Shown piece by piece: positions 29,231 to 40,547 of a stretch of DNA of 64,000 nt (positions are counted from its first letter, which is position 1; each line of letters opens with the position of its first letter). The notes beneath the pieces are model-generated. The model was given only the letters and a program-made list of their open reading frames with translations, had not been told where the DNA came from and made no database searches. Source of the stretch: an uncultured delta proteobacterium (GTDB lineage: Bacteria > Myxococcota > Myxococcia > Myxococcales > Myxococcaceae). Position numbers and translations under genes: made by a program. The stretch covers positions 32,001-96,000 of the forward strand of contig CAWCKH010000002.1 of the NCBI GenBank assembly GCA_963796055.1, in the 5' to 3' direction.

Positions 29231-30760
29231 ATGCTCCGCGGTCCGCTTCTGACGCTCGTCCTCTGCTCGATGTGCATCCTGGGCTGCGGGGCCTCCGCAC
29301 GCGGTCCCGGCGGGCCCGATTCGGGCATCCCACCCGCTGCCTCGCTCAGCGTCTCACCGATGTCCCAGCGGTTGGTCGCCGGCTCGGGTGCGGTGAACCT
29401 CCGTGCGACGCTCCTCGGCGCCACGGCCCCCATCACCTGGGCCCTCTCCGGACCCGGCACGCTCGGGGCCACCAGCGGCGAGCAGACCACCTACACGCCG
29501 CCGGCGACGGTCGATGTCGAGACCGCGGCGACCGTGACGGCCAGCGCCGCTCCCGGGCTCAGCGCAGCGGTGAGCATCACCGTGGTGCCGCCGGCGGAGA
29601 TCACGGTCGCCGGCCGGGTCCTGGGAGTCCCGGGCAACCCGCTCGCTGGCATGACCGTGGCCATCGGCACCAAGACCACGCTGACCGATGCCGATGGCCA
29701 CTTCTCCATCTCCGGGGTCACTCCACCCTACGATCTGGCCCTCGCCGCTCCCGGGGACCCACCAATGGCCGGCCTGTACCGGGGCCTCACCCGGCCCGAT
29801 CCGACCCTGGTCTTCGTGTTCTTCGACGGTCTGGGCACTCCCCACTCCGGGGTCGTCTCCGGCATCGTCTCCGGCGGAGACCCGATCCCCGGCGCCGGGG
29901 AGTTCACCGGAGCCGTCTTCGCCTCACCCGAGGCCACCGGACTCGTGACCCTCGACTCGAAGGATTTCACCCTCCCTCTCGCGTGGTTCGGGCCCACCAC
30001 CACCATCGGGACGGTCCACTTGCTCCAGTGGAAGAGCCCCGAGCGCGGCGCGCCACCCACTGCCTATACCGCCTTCGGGACGGTCACCGCGTTGCGGGTC
30101 ACCGACGGCGAAACCGCCTCCGCGGGGGAGATCCCCCTGTTCGACCCCGGAACGGCGTCGATCTCCGGCGAGGTCGTCGCCCCCGCCGGTGCCACGGTGA
30201 TCTCCAAGGAGCTCGCGCTCGAGTTCGCGGACCACGCGATCCTCCCCCTCGGAGCCGACACCAGTCACGACTCGCACTTCACCTTCCCGGTCCCGGCAAA
30301 CATCACCCTGACCGCGGTGGTGACCGCAGTCGCCGAGTTCTTCGCCACGGGCTCGGCCACCTTCCGCCGTGAGACGGGCATCGCCCGAGGAGCAACGGGC
30401 GTGTCCATCGTCCTTCCGGCACCCGCGTTGCCATCCACCCCTGCCGATGAGAGCACCGACGTCTCACCCTCCACCGAGTTCCGATGGAGCCTGGTCCCCG
30501 GCGGGGTGCATCTGATCCTCTTCAATGGGACGGGGACGAAGCCGAGCTACTACGTGGTGACGGCAGAGACCTCCACCCGGATTCTTGATCTCACCGCGCT
30601 GGGGGCTGCGCTCCCGTCGACCTCCCGGTACGCATGGTTCGTCGTGCGGTACGCCCCGTTCGCCAGCGTGGACGAGTACACGGGAATGGGTTCCCTGCTG
30701 CCTCCGGTCGGGACCCTCGAAGGATCGATCAGCATTCCGCGCGGGTTCACCACCCGGTAG
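29231..30760 (+). CDS. beta-rich lipoprotein with carboxypeptidase-regulatory-like/Ig-like domains
   Basis: ILGC lipobox; TDADGHFSISGV motif; Thr/Gly-rich beta strands. Confidence 0.7.
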   Translation: MLRGPLLTLVLCSMCILGCGASARGPGGPDSGIPPAASLSVSPMSQRLVAGSGAVNLRATLLGATAPITWALSGPGTLGATSGEQTTYTPPATVDVETAATVTASAAPGLSAAVSITVVPPAEITVAGRVLGVPGNPLAGMTVAIGTKTTLTDADGHFSISGVTPPYDLALAAPGDPPMAGLYRGLTRPDPTLVFVFFDGLGTPHSGVVSGIVSGGDPIPGAGEFTGAVFASPEATGLVTLDSKDFTLPLAWFGPTTTIGTVHLLQWKSPERGAPPTAYTAFGTVTALRVTDGETASAGEIPLFDPGTASISGEVVAPAGATVISKELALEFADHAILPLGADTSHDSHFTFPVPANITLTAVVTAVAEFFATGSATFRRETGIARGATGVSIVLPAPALPSTPADESTDVSPSTEFRWSLVPGGVHLILFNGTGTKPSYYVVTAETSTRILDLTALGAALPSTSRYAWFVVRYAPFASVDEYTGMGSLLPPVGTLEGSISIPRGFTTR

Positions 30761-30783
30761 GCGCCGCGCGCGCCAGCCCCCGC

Positions 30784-31491
30784 TCAGGGATGCTTCTGCA
30801 AGAAGCGGTCGATGGCGTCCTTCTTCTCCGTCGCCTTGCCGGTCTGGAACTGGGTGTCGGTGATGCGCACCTGACGCCCGGCCTGCAGCTCGACGAAGCG
30901 CCGCTCCCACTCCTCGGCCGTGACCTCGCTGGGCCCCGGCACCTCGACCCGCGGTCCCTTCGGCGGCGGCGGCTTGGCCGCCTTCTTCACCTGCGCGTTC
31001 ACCGCCACCCGGCCCTCGGCCACCCGGACCACCGTCTCGCGGATCTTCGGCGGCCGCGTCCCGGCGATGAGCGGGGTGGCGTCCACGCGGAAGATGGTGC
31101 CTCGTACCCCGGCCACCGCCCGGGCGGCGCTCACCTCGAAGGTCGAGTCGCTGCCGGCGATGGCCTTCTTCACCTTCGCCCAGACCCCGCCCACCAGGAG
31201 CTTCAAGGACACCCGGCTCCGCTCCTGCGCCTGGAACTCCACCCGCTCGATGACCAGCTCGCTGTCCGGGCCGAGCACCACCACGCTCTGGTCGGTCAGG
31301 GTGAGCTTCACGTTGCCCGCCGCGCCGGTGCGCAAGGTGTCGTCGAGGTCGACCTCGGCCCCCTGCGCCAGCGGCTCCTCGGCGCCGCCCTTCGGCGTCC
31401 GGAAGGCCGGTCCCTCGACCACGGTGATGGTGCCCACCGCGGCCAGCGCCGTGGAGGCCGAGACCAGAGCCACGAGAATCGCCGGGCGCAT
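30784..31491 (-). CDS. FecR-domain exported protein
   Basis: Signal peptide; DTLRTG, AVAGVRGTIF, VAEGRV. Confidence 0.8.
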   Translation of the reverse strand: MRPAILVALVSASTALAAVGTITVVEGPAFRTPKGGAEEPLAQGAEVDLDDTLRTGAAGNVKLTLTDQSVVVLGPDSELVIERVEFQAQERSRVSLKLLVGGVWAKVKKAIAGSDSTFEVSAARAVAGVRGTIFRVDATPLIAGTRPPKIRETVVRVAEGRVAVNAQVKKAAKPPPPKGPRVEVPGPSEVTAEEWERRFVELQAGRQVRITDTQFQTGKATEKKDAIDRFLQKHP

Positions 31492-32675
31492 CACTTGCCG
31501 AGCTTGACCTCGAGCGCGTTGCCCGAGACGCCGGTCACCTGCACCTTCTTCTTCCCCAGCGACTTGCCGTCGATCTGTTCCGCCAGACGCTCCGCCGTGC
31601 CCAGGTACGTCACCTCGAGCTTCCCGGTGCCACCGGCCAGCGATGGTGAGCCCACCTGGCGCACGCCGGCGCTCCACACCGGGAGCTGCTGGCGGAAGGC
31701 CTGCAGGGTGGAGAAGTCGATCGCGTTCTGCACCTCCACCACGATGCGGGCGCCGCTCTGCTCGGAGGCACGGAGCGACTCGATGACCGCCTTCCGCACC
31801 TGGCCGGTGATCTCCCCCTCGTGGCCCTTGACGAGGTTGTAGGCGCTCTCCTGGCGGGAGTTGACGCTGACGTTGGACATCTCGCTGTGCAGCTTCCCCG
31901 ACACCTTGGCCAGCTGCGCCCCGGCCGAGGTCTCGAAGACCCCCAGGTCGTAGTCGCCGGTGAGCGGGAAGGCCTCCCGCTGCTTGCCCTCCTGGACCAG
32001 CACCCCGTCCGGCGGGACGTCCCGGAACCCCACCGTCCCGTAGAGGATGTAGTCGGCCTTGCTCAGCGTGCCGATCTCCTTGGCCTCGGTGGCCCCCAGC
32101 CCCACCGCCGATGCGACCCGCAGCTTGCCGGCGGCGAACGACGGGTCGAGCACCGTCCATCCGTCACGCTTGAAGGCGTCGGTCAGGACCGTCGAGGTGA
32201 CACCCGAGCTGGTGGTCACTCCCCTCTCGTCGATGGTCTGTTCTTGCAGGAGCACCACCATCCGCCGCCCCTGCAGCCGCTTGACCAGCGCCTGCACCGC
32301 CTGGAGATCGCGGTCCAGCTCGGCCGTCCCGACCTGCGCGCGGACCTTCACCTTCACCACGCCGCGCTCGGTGGTCTGCGACAGGACGTCGTAGCTCCGG
32401 ACGTAGCCTGCGCTGTGCGAGTACACCTGGTCCGAGACCAGCTGGCTGTTGACCGCCAGCGACTGGGAGCTGACCAGGACGCCGGCGACCTGTTCCACCG
32501 CGCTGCGGAGCGCCGCCTCCTTCGCCTCCCGCGCTGCCCGGTCGACGTTGCCGCCGACGATGGCCGCCTCGCCCTCGGCCTCCCTGGTCACCACCGGCGG
32601 CACCTTCTCCGCCGCCCAGACCGGAGCGACCAGCACGACCAGGAGCAGCGCCGCGCCTCGACGTGCGTTCCTCAT
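31491..32675 (-). CDS. FlgT N-terminal-domain exported protein
   Basis: EAEGEAAI...AKEAALRSAVEQVAGV...GYVRSYDV pattern; signal peptide. Confidence 0.72.
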   Translation of the reverse strand: MRNARRGAALLLVVLVAPVWAAEKVPPVVTREAEGEAAIVGGNVDRAAREAKEAALRSAVEQVAGVLVSSQSLAVNSQLVSDQVYSHSAGYVRSYDVLSQTTERGVVKVKVRAQVGTAELDRDLQAVQALVKRLQGRRMVVLLQEQTIDERGVTTSSGVTSTVLTDAFKRDGWTVLDPSFAAGKLRVASAVGLGATEAKEIGTLSKADYILYGTVGFRDVPPDGVLVQEGKQREAFPLTGDYDLGVFETSAGAQLAKVSGKLHSEMSNVSVNSRQESAYNLVKGHEGEITGQVRKAVIESLRASEQSGARIVVEVQNAIDFSTLQAFRQQLPVWSAGVRQVGSPSLAGGTGKLEVTYLGTAERLAEQIDGKSLGKKKVQVTGVSGNALEVKLGK

Positions 32676-33460
32676 GGGACGATGGCCACCCGTCCCTCGA
32701 TCAGGACCGTGGAGGAGAGCTGCTCGAGCGCGCGGGCCTCGTCGTCCGCGAGGACCAGGTCCGAGCCCTGCGCCTTCTGGGCCTTCACCAGCAGCGGGGT
32801 GCCCCCGAGCGCCGGGGCGTGTGTCGCCTGCTCCAGGCTCTTGAAGTAACGGGCCGGGACCGCGTCCTTGCGCGCCTCCTTGCCCATCATCTCCGCCGAG
32901 TAGAGCACCTTGCCCGAGGCGTCGAGCAGCCGTGGCGCGAGGACCGGCTGCACGCCCAGACCCCGCGCATCGACCAGGAGCCCGGTGTGCCGGCCCTCGG
33001 TCGCCTTGGCGGTGATCGTCTCCGCCGGAGCCGAGGTGGGCTCGAGCACAGCCTGGGCGATGCCCGACAGCGGCACCTCGACGACCATCTCCACGCCCTG
33101 GTCGCTGTAATACCGCTTCTTCACCACCTTGAAGCCCTTCACCACGCCCTCGACCCGGCCCTTCACCTCGTCCCTGGCCATCGCCTCGCCCACCGTCTTG
33201 CTGGAGGAGATGTGGATGCCCTTCGCCTGGGCGATGAGGTTCCGGAAGGCGTCGAGCTGCGCGGCCTTCTCCGCCCCGAGCCGTGCCTGCGCGGGGCTGA
33301 GCGAGCGCATGTCCGGAGCGCCCGAGCCGGTGGCCTTGATGACCTGGCCCTGCCAGTCGACGCTGCCCTCCCGCTTCGCGGGGTCGGTCTTCGTCGCCTC
33401 GCCCTTGGCGGGCTCCGCGGCGAGCAGGGACAGCGTGAGCACAACGGGATGCAGCAGCAT
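32672..33460 (-). CDS. LPP20-like exported protein
   Basis: VDW, ATGSG, AEKAAQLDAFRNL, TGLLVDARG; GGAGG RBS. Confidence 0.68.
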   Translation of the reverse strand: MLLHPVVLTLSLLAAEPAKGEATKTDPAKREGSVDWQGQVIKATGSGAPDMRSLSPAQARLGAEKAAQLDAFRNLIAQAKGIHISSSKTVGEAMARDEVKGRVEGVVKGFKVVKKRYYSDQGVEMVVEVPLSGIAQAVLEPTSAPAETITAKATEGRHTGLLVDARGLGVQPVLAPRLLDASGKVLYSAEMMGKEARKDAVPARYFKSLEQATHAPALGGTPLLVKAQKAQGSDLVLADDEARALEQLSSTVLIEGRVAIVP

Positions 33461-33651
33461 CGCGGCGGAGCACCTCCACCTGCCCCCGGGCGCCGAACGT
33501 CGGTGTGTCAGCGCCCCCAGTCGCGGGAAGGTCTGGAAATCAGACGTGACCGGTCTGGAGGGTGTCAAGGACCGGGTCCGCGCCGCGACGGCAGCCGGGG
33601 CAAAGACACCCCGGTTGTCGTGTGCACGCCGGGGCACAACCACAACGTGCG

Positions 33652-34002
33652 TCAGGCGGCCTCGTCCGACTCCTCCGCCTCGCTGGCGGTCTCCACGTAA
33701 CGGCGGATGAGCCGACGGTGGCGCTCGGTGAGCAAGGTGAAGCGGACGCCGTCGGCCTGCGCGTCCTCGGACTCGATCCACTCCCGGACCACCTCGCCCT
33801 CGGCGTAGATGACCTCGTTCGAGCCGGGAAGCTGGAACTGGAGCCCCACCCGCTTCCCGGCGTGCTCGGGCTCGAGCAGCCGGGCGAGCCGTACCCCGCC
33901 CGGGCTGATGTCGCGCGCACGCGCGGTGTAGGGCACGCCGCCCACATACTTGTTGAGCAGGATGTCGATCTGCGCCCGCCCCGTCCTGCGTTGCTCGGCC
34001 AT
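33652..34002 (-). CDS. PilZ-domain protein
   Basis: RRTGR (RxxxR) and DISPGG (DxSxxG) motifs; GGAG RBS. Confidence 0.85.
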   Translation of the reverse strand: MAEQRRTGRAQIDILLNKYVGGVPYTARARDISPGGVRLARLLEPEHAGKRVGLQFQLPGSNEVIYAEGEVVREWIESEDAQADGVRFTLLTERHRRLIRRYVETASEAEESDEAA

Positions 34003-34179
34003 CGGTCCCGCTCCTCCCGAAGGGCTCCGGGGCAAAGCATGCCTCCCGGGAATGACAGGCCGCTGCAGACCTGTTCACTCGCCCCGAACGGTAGGCCAGG
34101 GTGTCGATCGGTCAAGAAAACGCCGGGACTTCCTGGTAAGCGACCCCGCCAAACACCCGACGAAGGGAAAGCATCCGAC

Positions 34180-34983
34180 ATGCGACGACTGTCCTGGCTC
34201 CTCCTCGCACTGGCCGCGCCGGCCCTGGCCGCCGCGCCGGACGGAGGGGTGAGCGCCACACACGGCAAGCCTGACGGCGGCGTGGCTGCCGCGCCCGAGA
34301 AGCCGGTCGGCTACCTCAAGACGGCCGACGACAAGGAGCTGTACGCCCTCGGCTACAGCTTCGGCCGGAACCTCCAGGTCTTCGACCTCTCGCCCGCCGA
34401 GCTGGAGATCATCCGCAAGGCGCTCACCGAGGGCGCCACCGACAAGAAGCCGCTCATCCCGCTCGAGACCTACGGGCCGAAGATCCAGGAGCTCGCGGCA
34501 GCGCGCCACACCCGCGCCGCGCAGAAGAAGGAAGCCCGCGACAAGCCCTACCTCGACGCGGCGGCGAAGCAGAAGGGCGCGCAGGTCCTCTCCTCGGGGG
34601 TGGTCTACATCCCGGAGAAGCAGGGCACCGGGCCGGCTCCCAAGTCCACCGACGAGGTGACCGTCAACTACGTGGGCAAGCTCACCAACGGCACCGAGTT
34701 CGACTCCAGCTACAAGCGGAACCAGCCGCTCAAGTTCCAGCTGGACAAGGTCATCCCTTGCTGGACCGAGGGCGTGCAGAAGATGAAGGTGGGCGGCAAG
34801 GCCCGCCTGGTCTGCCCGGCCAAGGCCGGCTACGGCGAGAACGGCCAGCCCCGCGCGGGCATCCCCGGTGGCTCGGTGCTCGATTTCAACGTCGAGCTGC
34901 TGGACGCCAAGGCCCCGCCCCCGCCTCCGGTCCCTACCCCGGGCGCCACTCCCGGCTTCACCCCGCCCCCCGCGGGCAAGTGA
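34180..34983 (+). CDS. FKBP-type peptidyl-prolyl isomerase (FkpA/Mip-like)
   Basis: Signal peptide; YALG, VNYVGKL, EFDSS, VIPCWTEG. Confidence 0.92.
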   Translation: MRRLSWLLLALAAPALAAAPDGGVSATHGKPDGGVAAAPEKPVGYLKTADDKELYALGYSFGRNLQVFDLSPAELEIIRKALTEGATDKKPLIPLETYGPKIQELAAARHTRAAQKKEARDKPYLDAAAKQKGAQVLSSGVVYIPEKQGTGPAPKSTDEVTVNYVGKLTNGTEFDSSYKRNQPLKFQLDKVIPCWTEGVQKMKVGGKARLVCPAKAGYGENGQPRAGIPGGSVLDFNVELLDAKAPPPPPVPTPGATPGFTPPPAGK

Positions 34984-36328
34984 GGAAGGGGCCCGCCGCG
35001 CCCCGGACGGCCGCGCGCGGGCAGCCTCGGCGGCGCGCGCCGGTCCCCGACCTCTCCGAGCTTCGCGGGGCGCTCCGGCGCTGGACGGCCGAGTGCGTCC
35101 GCCCACCCCACCTCCGCTTCCGGCACCCCTGGCTCGCCCCCATGCCCCTCAGCGCGGCGGCGGCGCGGGTCCTCGCGGGCAGGGCCTCCGGGGGCCAGCG
35201 CGCCCCGGCGTCCGGGGATGGCTTCAGCTCCGGGGACTACTCGCTCGGGCTCTTCCACCACGACGCGAGCGAGGCGTCGATCGCCCTGCTCGACGATCCC
35301 GAGTTCCAGCGCGCGGCCGCGGGCAGCCTGCTCTGCCTGCTCGACTGCGCCGACCCGGACGGCCGCGTGCACCGCGCCGAGCTACCGCACAAGGCGCGCG
35401 AAGCCGAGCCGTCCAAGCCGGTCATCGCCCAGTACGCGCTGCGCTGCACCCGGGCGCTCGGCCCGGAGTGGGCGGAGCGCCACCAGGTCTATCCACGCGT
35501 CTCCGCCTTCCAGCGGTGGCAGGAGCGCCACCTGGCAGGGCTCCACGGCCTGTTCCTGACGTGGAGCGCGCTCCAGTCCGGCTTCGACACCGACGTGCTC
35601 TCCGCCGGGTTCCCCGAGTGCACCATCGAGGGACCGGACACCAACGCCTTCATGGTGCTCGAGTACGAGGCGCTGGCCGAGCTGGCGCGGCTGCTGGGGC
35701 GCGGCGGCGAGGCGGACGCCTGGCTGCAGTCCGCGGCCACCCTGCGCCGCCGCATCGAGGAGCTGCTCTGGAGCGACCCGCTCGGCCACTACGTCGCGCT
35801 CCGCTGGGAGCACGGGGTGGGCGCGCCGGACGCGGAGATCGTCGGCACCCGGGACGTCGATGGGGTGGTGCGCCCCTTCGTCAGCTGGACCGGGCTGCTT
35901 CCGCTCTATGCCGGCATCCCCTCGGCGGACCGCGCGCGCCGGATGGTGGAGGTGTTGCTCCGGCCCGAGGGGTTCTGGGGACCGGTCGGGGTGCGCACCT
36001 GCCCGGCGGACGATCTCTACTTCCAGCAGTCACCGCGGGTGCTGCTGTTCGATTTCAAGAAGGCCCGCCGAGGCCCGGTGTCCAACTGGAGCGGCCCGGT
36101 CTGGGTGCTCTCCAGCCACTACCTGGCCGAGGGGCTCGCCCGGTACGGCCACGCGGCCGAGGCCCGGGAGCTGGCCCTCAGGACGGCCCGGCTTCTGGCC
36201 GACGACGTCGCCCGGACCGGCGTGTTGCACGAATGCTGGAACGACGGGGGGAGGGGCTGTGGCCCCGGAGCGGAACCTTCGTGTCCTGGAACGTGCTGGG
36301 CCCCCGGATGCTCGACCGTCTCGGGTGA
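34980..36328 (+). CDS. GH63/MGH1-like (alpha/alpha)6 glycoside hydrolase, frameshift in G-run ~36246-36251
   Basis: SGFDTD, NWSGPVW, LHECW. The plausible C-terminus EGLWPRSGTFVSWN lies in another frame ending at 36328. Confidence 0.7.
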
Positions 36329-36350
36329 GCGCCGGGCCTGGACGTGCGAA

Positions 36351-36383
36351 GGCCCGGGACTCCTTCGACGGAGTGCCCGGGCC
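36351..36383. terminator. hairpin between convergent GH and csp genes
   Basis: GGCCCGGG-ACTCC...GGAGT-G-CCCGGGCC inverted repeat. Confidence 0.6.
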
Positions 36384-36417
36384 AGTCGTGAAGGTGCGTT
36401 CTATCGTGTCGAAGGAG

Positions 36418-36621
36418 TTACTGCGGACGGACGTTCTGCGCCTGCAGGCCCTTCGGGCCACGGGTGATGTCGAAGGTCACCTTCTGCCCCTCGGCGAGGG
36501 TGCGGAACCCATCGGCCTGGATGGCGGTGTGGTGGCAGAACACGTCCTCGCCCCCGCCGTCCTGGGTGATGAAACCGAAGCCCTTCGCATCGTTGAACCA
36601 CTTCACGGTACCAGTTGCCAT
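36418..36621 (-). CDS. cold-shock protein (CspA family)
   Basis: [34 protein letters not shown]. It is the tail of ORF 36418..38148. Confidence 0.95.
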   Translation of the reverse strand: MATGTVKWFNDAKGFGFITQDGGGEDVFCHHTAIQADGFRTLAEGQKVTFDITRGPKGLQAQNVRPQ

Positions 36622-36776
36622 TTCGTTGCTTCCTTCATGAACGGCCCGGGATCTCAGTCCTGGGCCAGCGACCCCGGCCTTCATGGCTCGAGCGTCGCCG
36701 CCAACATAAGAGCTTCTTCCTCCACTGTCCACGCGCTTTTCCAGGAAGGACGGCTGAGAGGGTATGACGCGGTGCC

Positions 36777-38576
36777 TCACCACCCACACGCGCGGCCGCG
36801 GTTCTGTTCTCTCAACCAGCTCTGGAGCGGGGCGAAGTACTCCAGCAGCGCACCCCCGTCGATCCGCCGTTCGCCGGTGAGCGCCTCGAGGGCATCCGGC
36901 CAGGGCTTGCTCGCCCCGAGGGCAAGCATCGCCTGGAGACGGCGGCCGGCCTCCTTGCTCCCGGCGAACGAGCAGGAGTGGAGCGGCCCGGCGTGGCCCG
37001 CGGCCTTGCAGAGCGCCCGGTAGAACTGGAACTGGAGCACCCGGGCCAGGAAGTAGCGGATGTACGAGACGTTGGCCGGCACGTGGTACTTCGCGCCGGC
37101 GTCGAAATCGGCCTCCGCGCGGGCCACCGGCGGGGACACCCCCTGCTCCCGGGTGCGCAGCGCCCACCACGCTGCCTGGTAGTCCCCGGGGGGCACCTTC
37201 CCGGAGAAGACCTGCCAGCGCCACGCGTCGATGTCCTTGGCGAACGGCAGGAAGGCGACCTTCTCCAGCGCGCTCTTGAGCTGCGCGTCGATCAGCGCCT
37301 TCTGGTTCTCCGGAGGCACCCGGTCGAGCAGGCCCGCCGAGACCAGGTACGCCGGAGTGACCGAGAGCGCGAGCGCGTCCCCCACCGCCTCGTGGAAGGC
37401 CTCGTTCGCCCCGGTCATGTAGAGGAACGGCTGCTGGACGTAGGCGTGCTGGTAGTAGTTGTGGCCCAGCTCGTGGTGGATGGTGAGGAGATCTTCCTCG
37501 TTGGGCCGGATGCACATCTTGATCCGCAGGTCGTCGGCGTAGCTGACGTCCCAGGCCGAGGCGTGACACACCACCTCGCGATCCCGGGGCTTGGTGAAGA
37601 GCGAGTGGGTCCAGAAGGTGGCTGGCAGCGGATCGAGCCCGAGCCCGGTGAAGAAGCTCTCGCCCAGCTTCACCATCCGCCGCGGGTCCCAGCGCTGCGT
37701 CTCGAGCTTCCGCGTGACGTCGAGGCTGGCCACCCCGGGGTACGGCTCGACCAGCGGATAGATGTTGGTCCACTCCTGGGCCCACATGTTCCCCAGCAAG
37801 TGGGCGGGGATGGGTTTCCCGTCCGGGACCAGCGCCTTGCCGTACTTCCGCTGCAGCCCCGCCCGGACGTAGCAGTGGAGGTCGTCGTAGAGCGGCTTGA
37901 CCTGCCCCCAGATCCGGTCGGTCTCCCGCTCGAGCTCCTCCGGGGTCATGTCGTAGGCGCTCCTCCACAGCGCCCCCAGATCGGCGAAGCCGTTGTCCCG
38001 CGCCCCCTCGTTGGCCAGGACGACGAAGCGCTCGTAGAGCGGGCGGATCTGCCGGCCCACCGCGTGCCAGCCCTGCCAGGCCTCGAGGAGCGCCTTCGGA
38101 TCTCGGCTGCGGTCCATCACCCGCTCGAGCTGCTCCAGGTCCCTGCACTTCCTCTTCCCGTCGGTGCCGCAGTCCTTTCCCGCGCCGTACGTCCCCTCCA
38201 TCCGGGCGAGGATGGCGGTGAGCTCGGCGCGGTGGGCAGCATCGGCCGGGGGGAGCACCGCGTTGTTGACCCGGAGCAGCCGGATCATCCGCGCGCTGTC
38301 GGCATCCAGCGTCACCGTGTCGAACCGCTTCGCCTGCTCCAGCGCCTGGCGGGTGTAGGCGAGCAGGTCGTCGTTGGCCCAGGCCGCTGCCCGCTCGCTG
38401 TCCTCGGTGATGAAGGTGGACTTGATCCAGTCGGCCGTGGACTGCTTGACGGCGAGCGACTTCAGATCGTCGTTGACCTTCCGGAGGAAGGCGCGGGCCT
38501 CGTTCGCGGTCGCAGGCGGGGGCGCGGGGAGGGCGGTCGTCGGGAGCAGGAGGAGTGCGAGCAGTCGAGTGTGCAT
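36777..38576 (-). CDS. M2-family metallopeptidase (ACE-like peptidyl-dipeptidase A)
   Basis: [27 protein letters not shown]; signal peptide. Confidence 0.93.
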   Translation of the reverse strand: MHTRLLALLLLPTTALPAPPPATANEARAFLRKVNDDLKSLAVKQSTADWIKSTFITEDSERAAAWANDDLLAYTRQALEQAKRFDTVTLDADSARMIRLLRVNNAVLPPADAAHRAELTAILARMEGTYGAGKDCGTDGKRKCRDLEQLERVMDRSRDPKALLEAWQGWHAVGRQIRPLYERFVVLANEGARDNGFADLGALWRSAYDMTPEELERETDRIWGQVKPLYDDLHCYVRAGLQRKYGKALVPDGKPIPAHLLGNMWAQEWTNIYPLVEPYPGVASLDVTRKLETQRWDPRRMVKLGESFFTGLGLDPLPATFWTHSLFTKPRDREVVCHASAWDVSYADDLRIKMCIRPNEEDLLTIHHELGHNYYQHAYVQQPFLYMTGANEAFHEAVGDALALSVTPAYLVSAGLLDRVPPENQKALIDAQLKSALEKVAFLPFAKDIDAWRWQVFSGKVPPGDYQAAWWALRTREQGVSPPVARAEADFDAGAKYHVPANVSYIRYFLARVLQFQFYRALCKAAGHAGPLHSCSFAGSKEAGRRLQAMLALGASKPWPDALEALTGERRIDGGALLEYFAPLQSWLREQNRGRACGW

Positions 38577-38612
38577 GCGGGGACAGGCACCCTAGGGCAG
38601 GCGTGAGAGCGG

Positions 38613-39653
38613 ATGGAACGGCGAGGCAGCGAACGGATCCTCATCTTTCTGAAGGGCGGGATCGGCGACGTCGTGTTCGCCCTTCCGCTCCTGGGTGACC
38701 TGCGCGCCGGCTTCCCGGGGGCCGAGCTGGTGGTCCTCAGCCACGACCAGGGCGCGGACGTGCTCCGCTACGCGCCCGCGGTCGACGCGGTCCGCTCGAC
38801 GGGTCCCATGTCCACCCGCGCCTCGGTGGCGGCGTCGCTGCGCGCCCTGGGGCCCGGAGGCTTCCAGGTGGCGGTGACCCCGGTGCGGTCGGCGCGCGCC
38901 GCGTGGCTGCTCCTCCGCACTGGCGCCCCGGTTCGGGTGGGCTTCGGCGGCGGGGCGGAGCGGCTCCTCCTCACCCACGTCGCGCCGGTCCGCCCTTTCG
39001 AGGTGGTCTTCTCCCGCCGCTTCGAGCGGCTGGCGACCGCGCTCGGGCTGTCCACGGGCGCGCCGGCGCGTCTCGCCGTCGAGGAGGCGCCGCGGGAAGA
39101 GGCCCGGCGCCGGCTGGAAGCCTCGGGCCGGGAGGAGGCACGGCCGCTGGTCGCGCTCCACGTGGGCGGTGGGTGGCCCACCAAGCGCTGGCCCCTCGAG
39201 CACTGCCGCGCGCTGGTCGGGCACCTCGCCGCGCAGGGCGCGCAGGTGCTCCTGGTGGGCGGTGCCGAGGACCGCGCGCGCGCGCGGGAGATCGCCACCA
39301 CCGCCCCGCCCTCCGCCGTCCTCGACCGGACGGGGGCCAGCGTGGCCGAGACGGTGCCCGAGCTGTCGCTGGCCGGGGCCGCTGTGGGGGTCGACTCGGG
39401 GCTGTCGCACGCGGGGGTGGCGCTCGGCGTTCCGACGGTGCTCCTCTTCGGCCCGAACGATCCCGACTCGGTCGCCCCCGTCCCGCACGCCCGTCTCGTC
39501 ACCCAGCCTTTGCCCTGCCGCCCCTGCAACCGCGCCGGCAAGGAGCGATGCCCCGAGGGTCACCACCGGTGCATGCGGGACACCACACCCGAGCAGGTCC
39601 TGGCCGCGCTCTCAGCGCTCACCCGCGCACCGGGCGTGGTCAGCGCCCGCTGA
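38613..39653 (+). CDS. glycosyltransferase family 9 (heptosyltransferase-like)
   Basis: GGIGDVV, KRWP, DSGLSH, LFGP, LPCRPC. Confidence 0.9.
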   Translation: MERRGSERILIFLKGGIGDVVFALPLLGDLRAGFPGAELVVLSHDQGADVLRYAPAVDAVRSTGPMSTRASVAASLRALGPGGFQVAVTPVRSARAAWLLLRTGAPVRVGFGGGAERLLLTHVAPVRPFEVVFSRRFERLATALGLSTGAPARLAVEEAPREEARRRLEASGREEARPLVALHVGGGWPTKRWPLEHCRALVGHLAAQGAQVLLVGGAEDRARAREIATTAPPSAVLDRTGASVAETVPELSLAGAAVGVDSGLSHAGVALGVPTVLLFGPNDPDSVAPVPHARLVTQPLPCRPCNRAGKERCPEGHHRCMRDTTPEQVLAALSALTRAPGVVSAR

Positions 39654-40413
39654 CCGACTCCAGCGCCTCGAACCACTGCTCGGCCATGCGACCGTAGGCG
39701 GGCTGCGACGGATGAATGCCGTCGGGCAGATTCTCCACCCCACCGTCCACCGCGTCGGTCATCCCGGCGACCCAGGTGATCCGGTAACCCGCGTCGGCGT
39801 AGCGCTCGACGATGCCGTGGACGCGGTCGTTGAACGCCGCCACCTGGTCCGATGGCACCGACGTCTTCCAGGGTACCGGCGAGGCGACCACCCCCACCAT
39901 CGGCGAGAGGGCGAAGATCTGGGCCAGCAGCCGGTCGTACATCGCCGACGTCCTGTCCGGGTAGAGCGTGTCGGGAAAGTTCAGGTTGTTGGTCCCGGCG
40001 AGCAGGAGAATGACGTCGGGCCGGTAGGTGCGCACTGCCGAGTCCACCACCTGGCCCGCGAGCTGCTGCCCACCGTCGGCCGACTCGATCTGGTAGCCAC
40101 CGTGACCCTCGTGCCAGGGCTTCGGCATGTCCGCCGGCGAGCCAATCCGCAGGCTCCCCACGTAGTCGAACTCGTAACCGGCATCGACCAGGAGATTTTC
40201 CAGTGGCCAGCGGTAGCCGCCGAGCTCCGCCTGGTAGCCCACGGTGATCGAATCGCCCAGGGGCATGATCTTCACCCCGGCGTCACGCCGGAACCACGCG
40301 CTGGGACCGGCGTCCGCACCCGCGTCGGCGCCCGGGCCTGCGTCGAGCAGGGGGAAGAGGCTCGTCGGCCCTGCGCCGCCACAGCCAGCGAACACGACCC
40401 AGACCAGGGACAT
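39640..40413 (-). CDS. SGNH/GDSL hydrolase, probable lipoprotein
   Basis: LGDSIT, HEGHGG, AGTNN, DGIHP; FAGC lipobox. Start may be GTG 40449. Confidence 0.85.
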   Translation of the reverse strand: MSLVWVVFAGCGGAGPTSLFPLLDAGPGADAGADAGPSAWFRRDAGVKIMPLGDSITVGYQAELGGYRWPLENLLVDAGYEFDYVGSLRIGSPADMPKPWHEGHGGYQIESADGGQQLAGQVVDSAVRTYRPDVILLLAGTNNLNFPDTLYPDRTSAMYDRLLAQIFALSPMVGVVASPVPWKTSVPSDQVAAFNDRVHGIVERYADAGYRITWVAGMTDAVDGGVENLPDGIHPSQPAYGRMAEQWFEALESVSGR

Positions 40414-40547
40414 CAGGCCCCTGCGCCCCCTTCCCTGACCGATGGACACGGCGCGCCAAGCTGCGGACGCACCTGCTCGCACGCAAGCCCGCACCGCCGC
40501 CGAGCGTGCCGGAAGCGTCCGATGGCCTATGCTCCGGGGTGGACGGC

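Noticed and set aside
31491..32675. Flagellar gene cluster
   Set aside because: Only an FlgT-N-like domain; no other flagellar genes nearby.
36418..38148. 576-aa ORF as a large cold-shock fusion protein
   Set aside because: The upstream part overlaps the M2 peptidase in another frame; only the last 67 aa have an RBS and Csp motifs.
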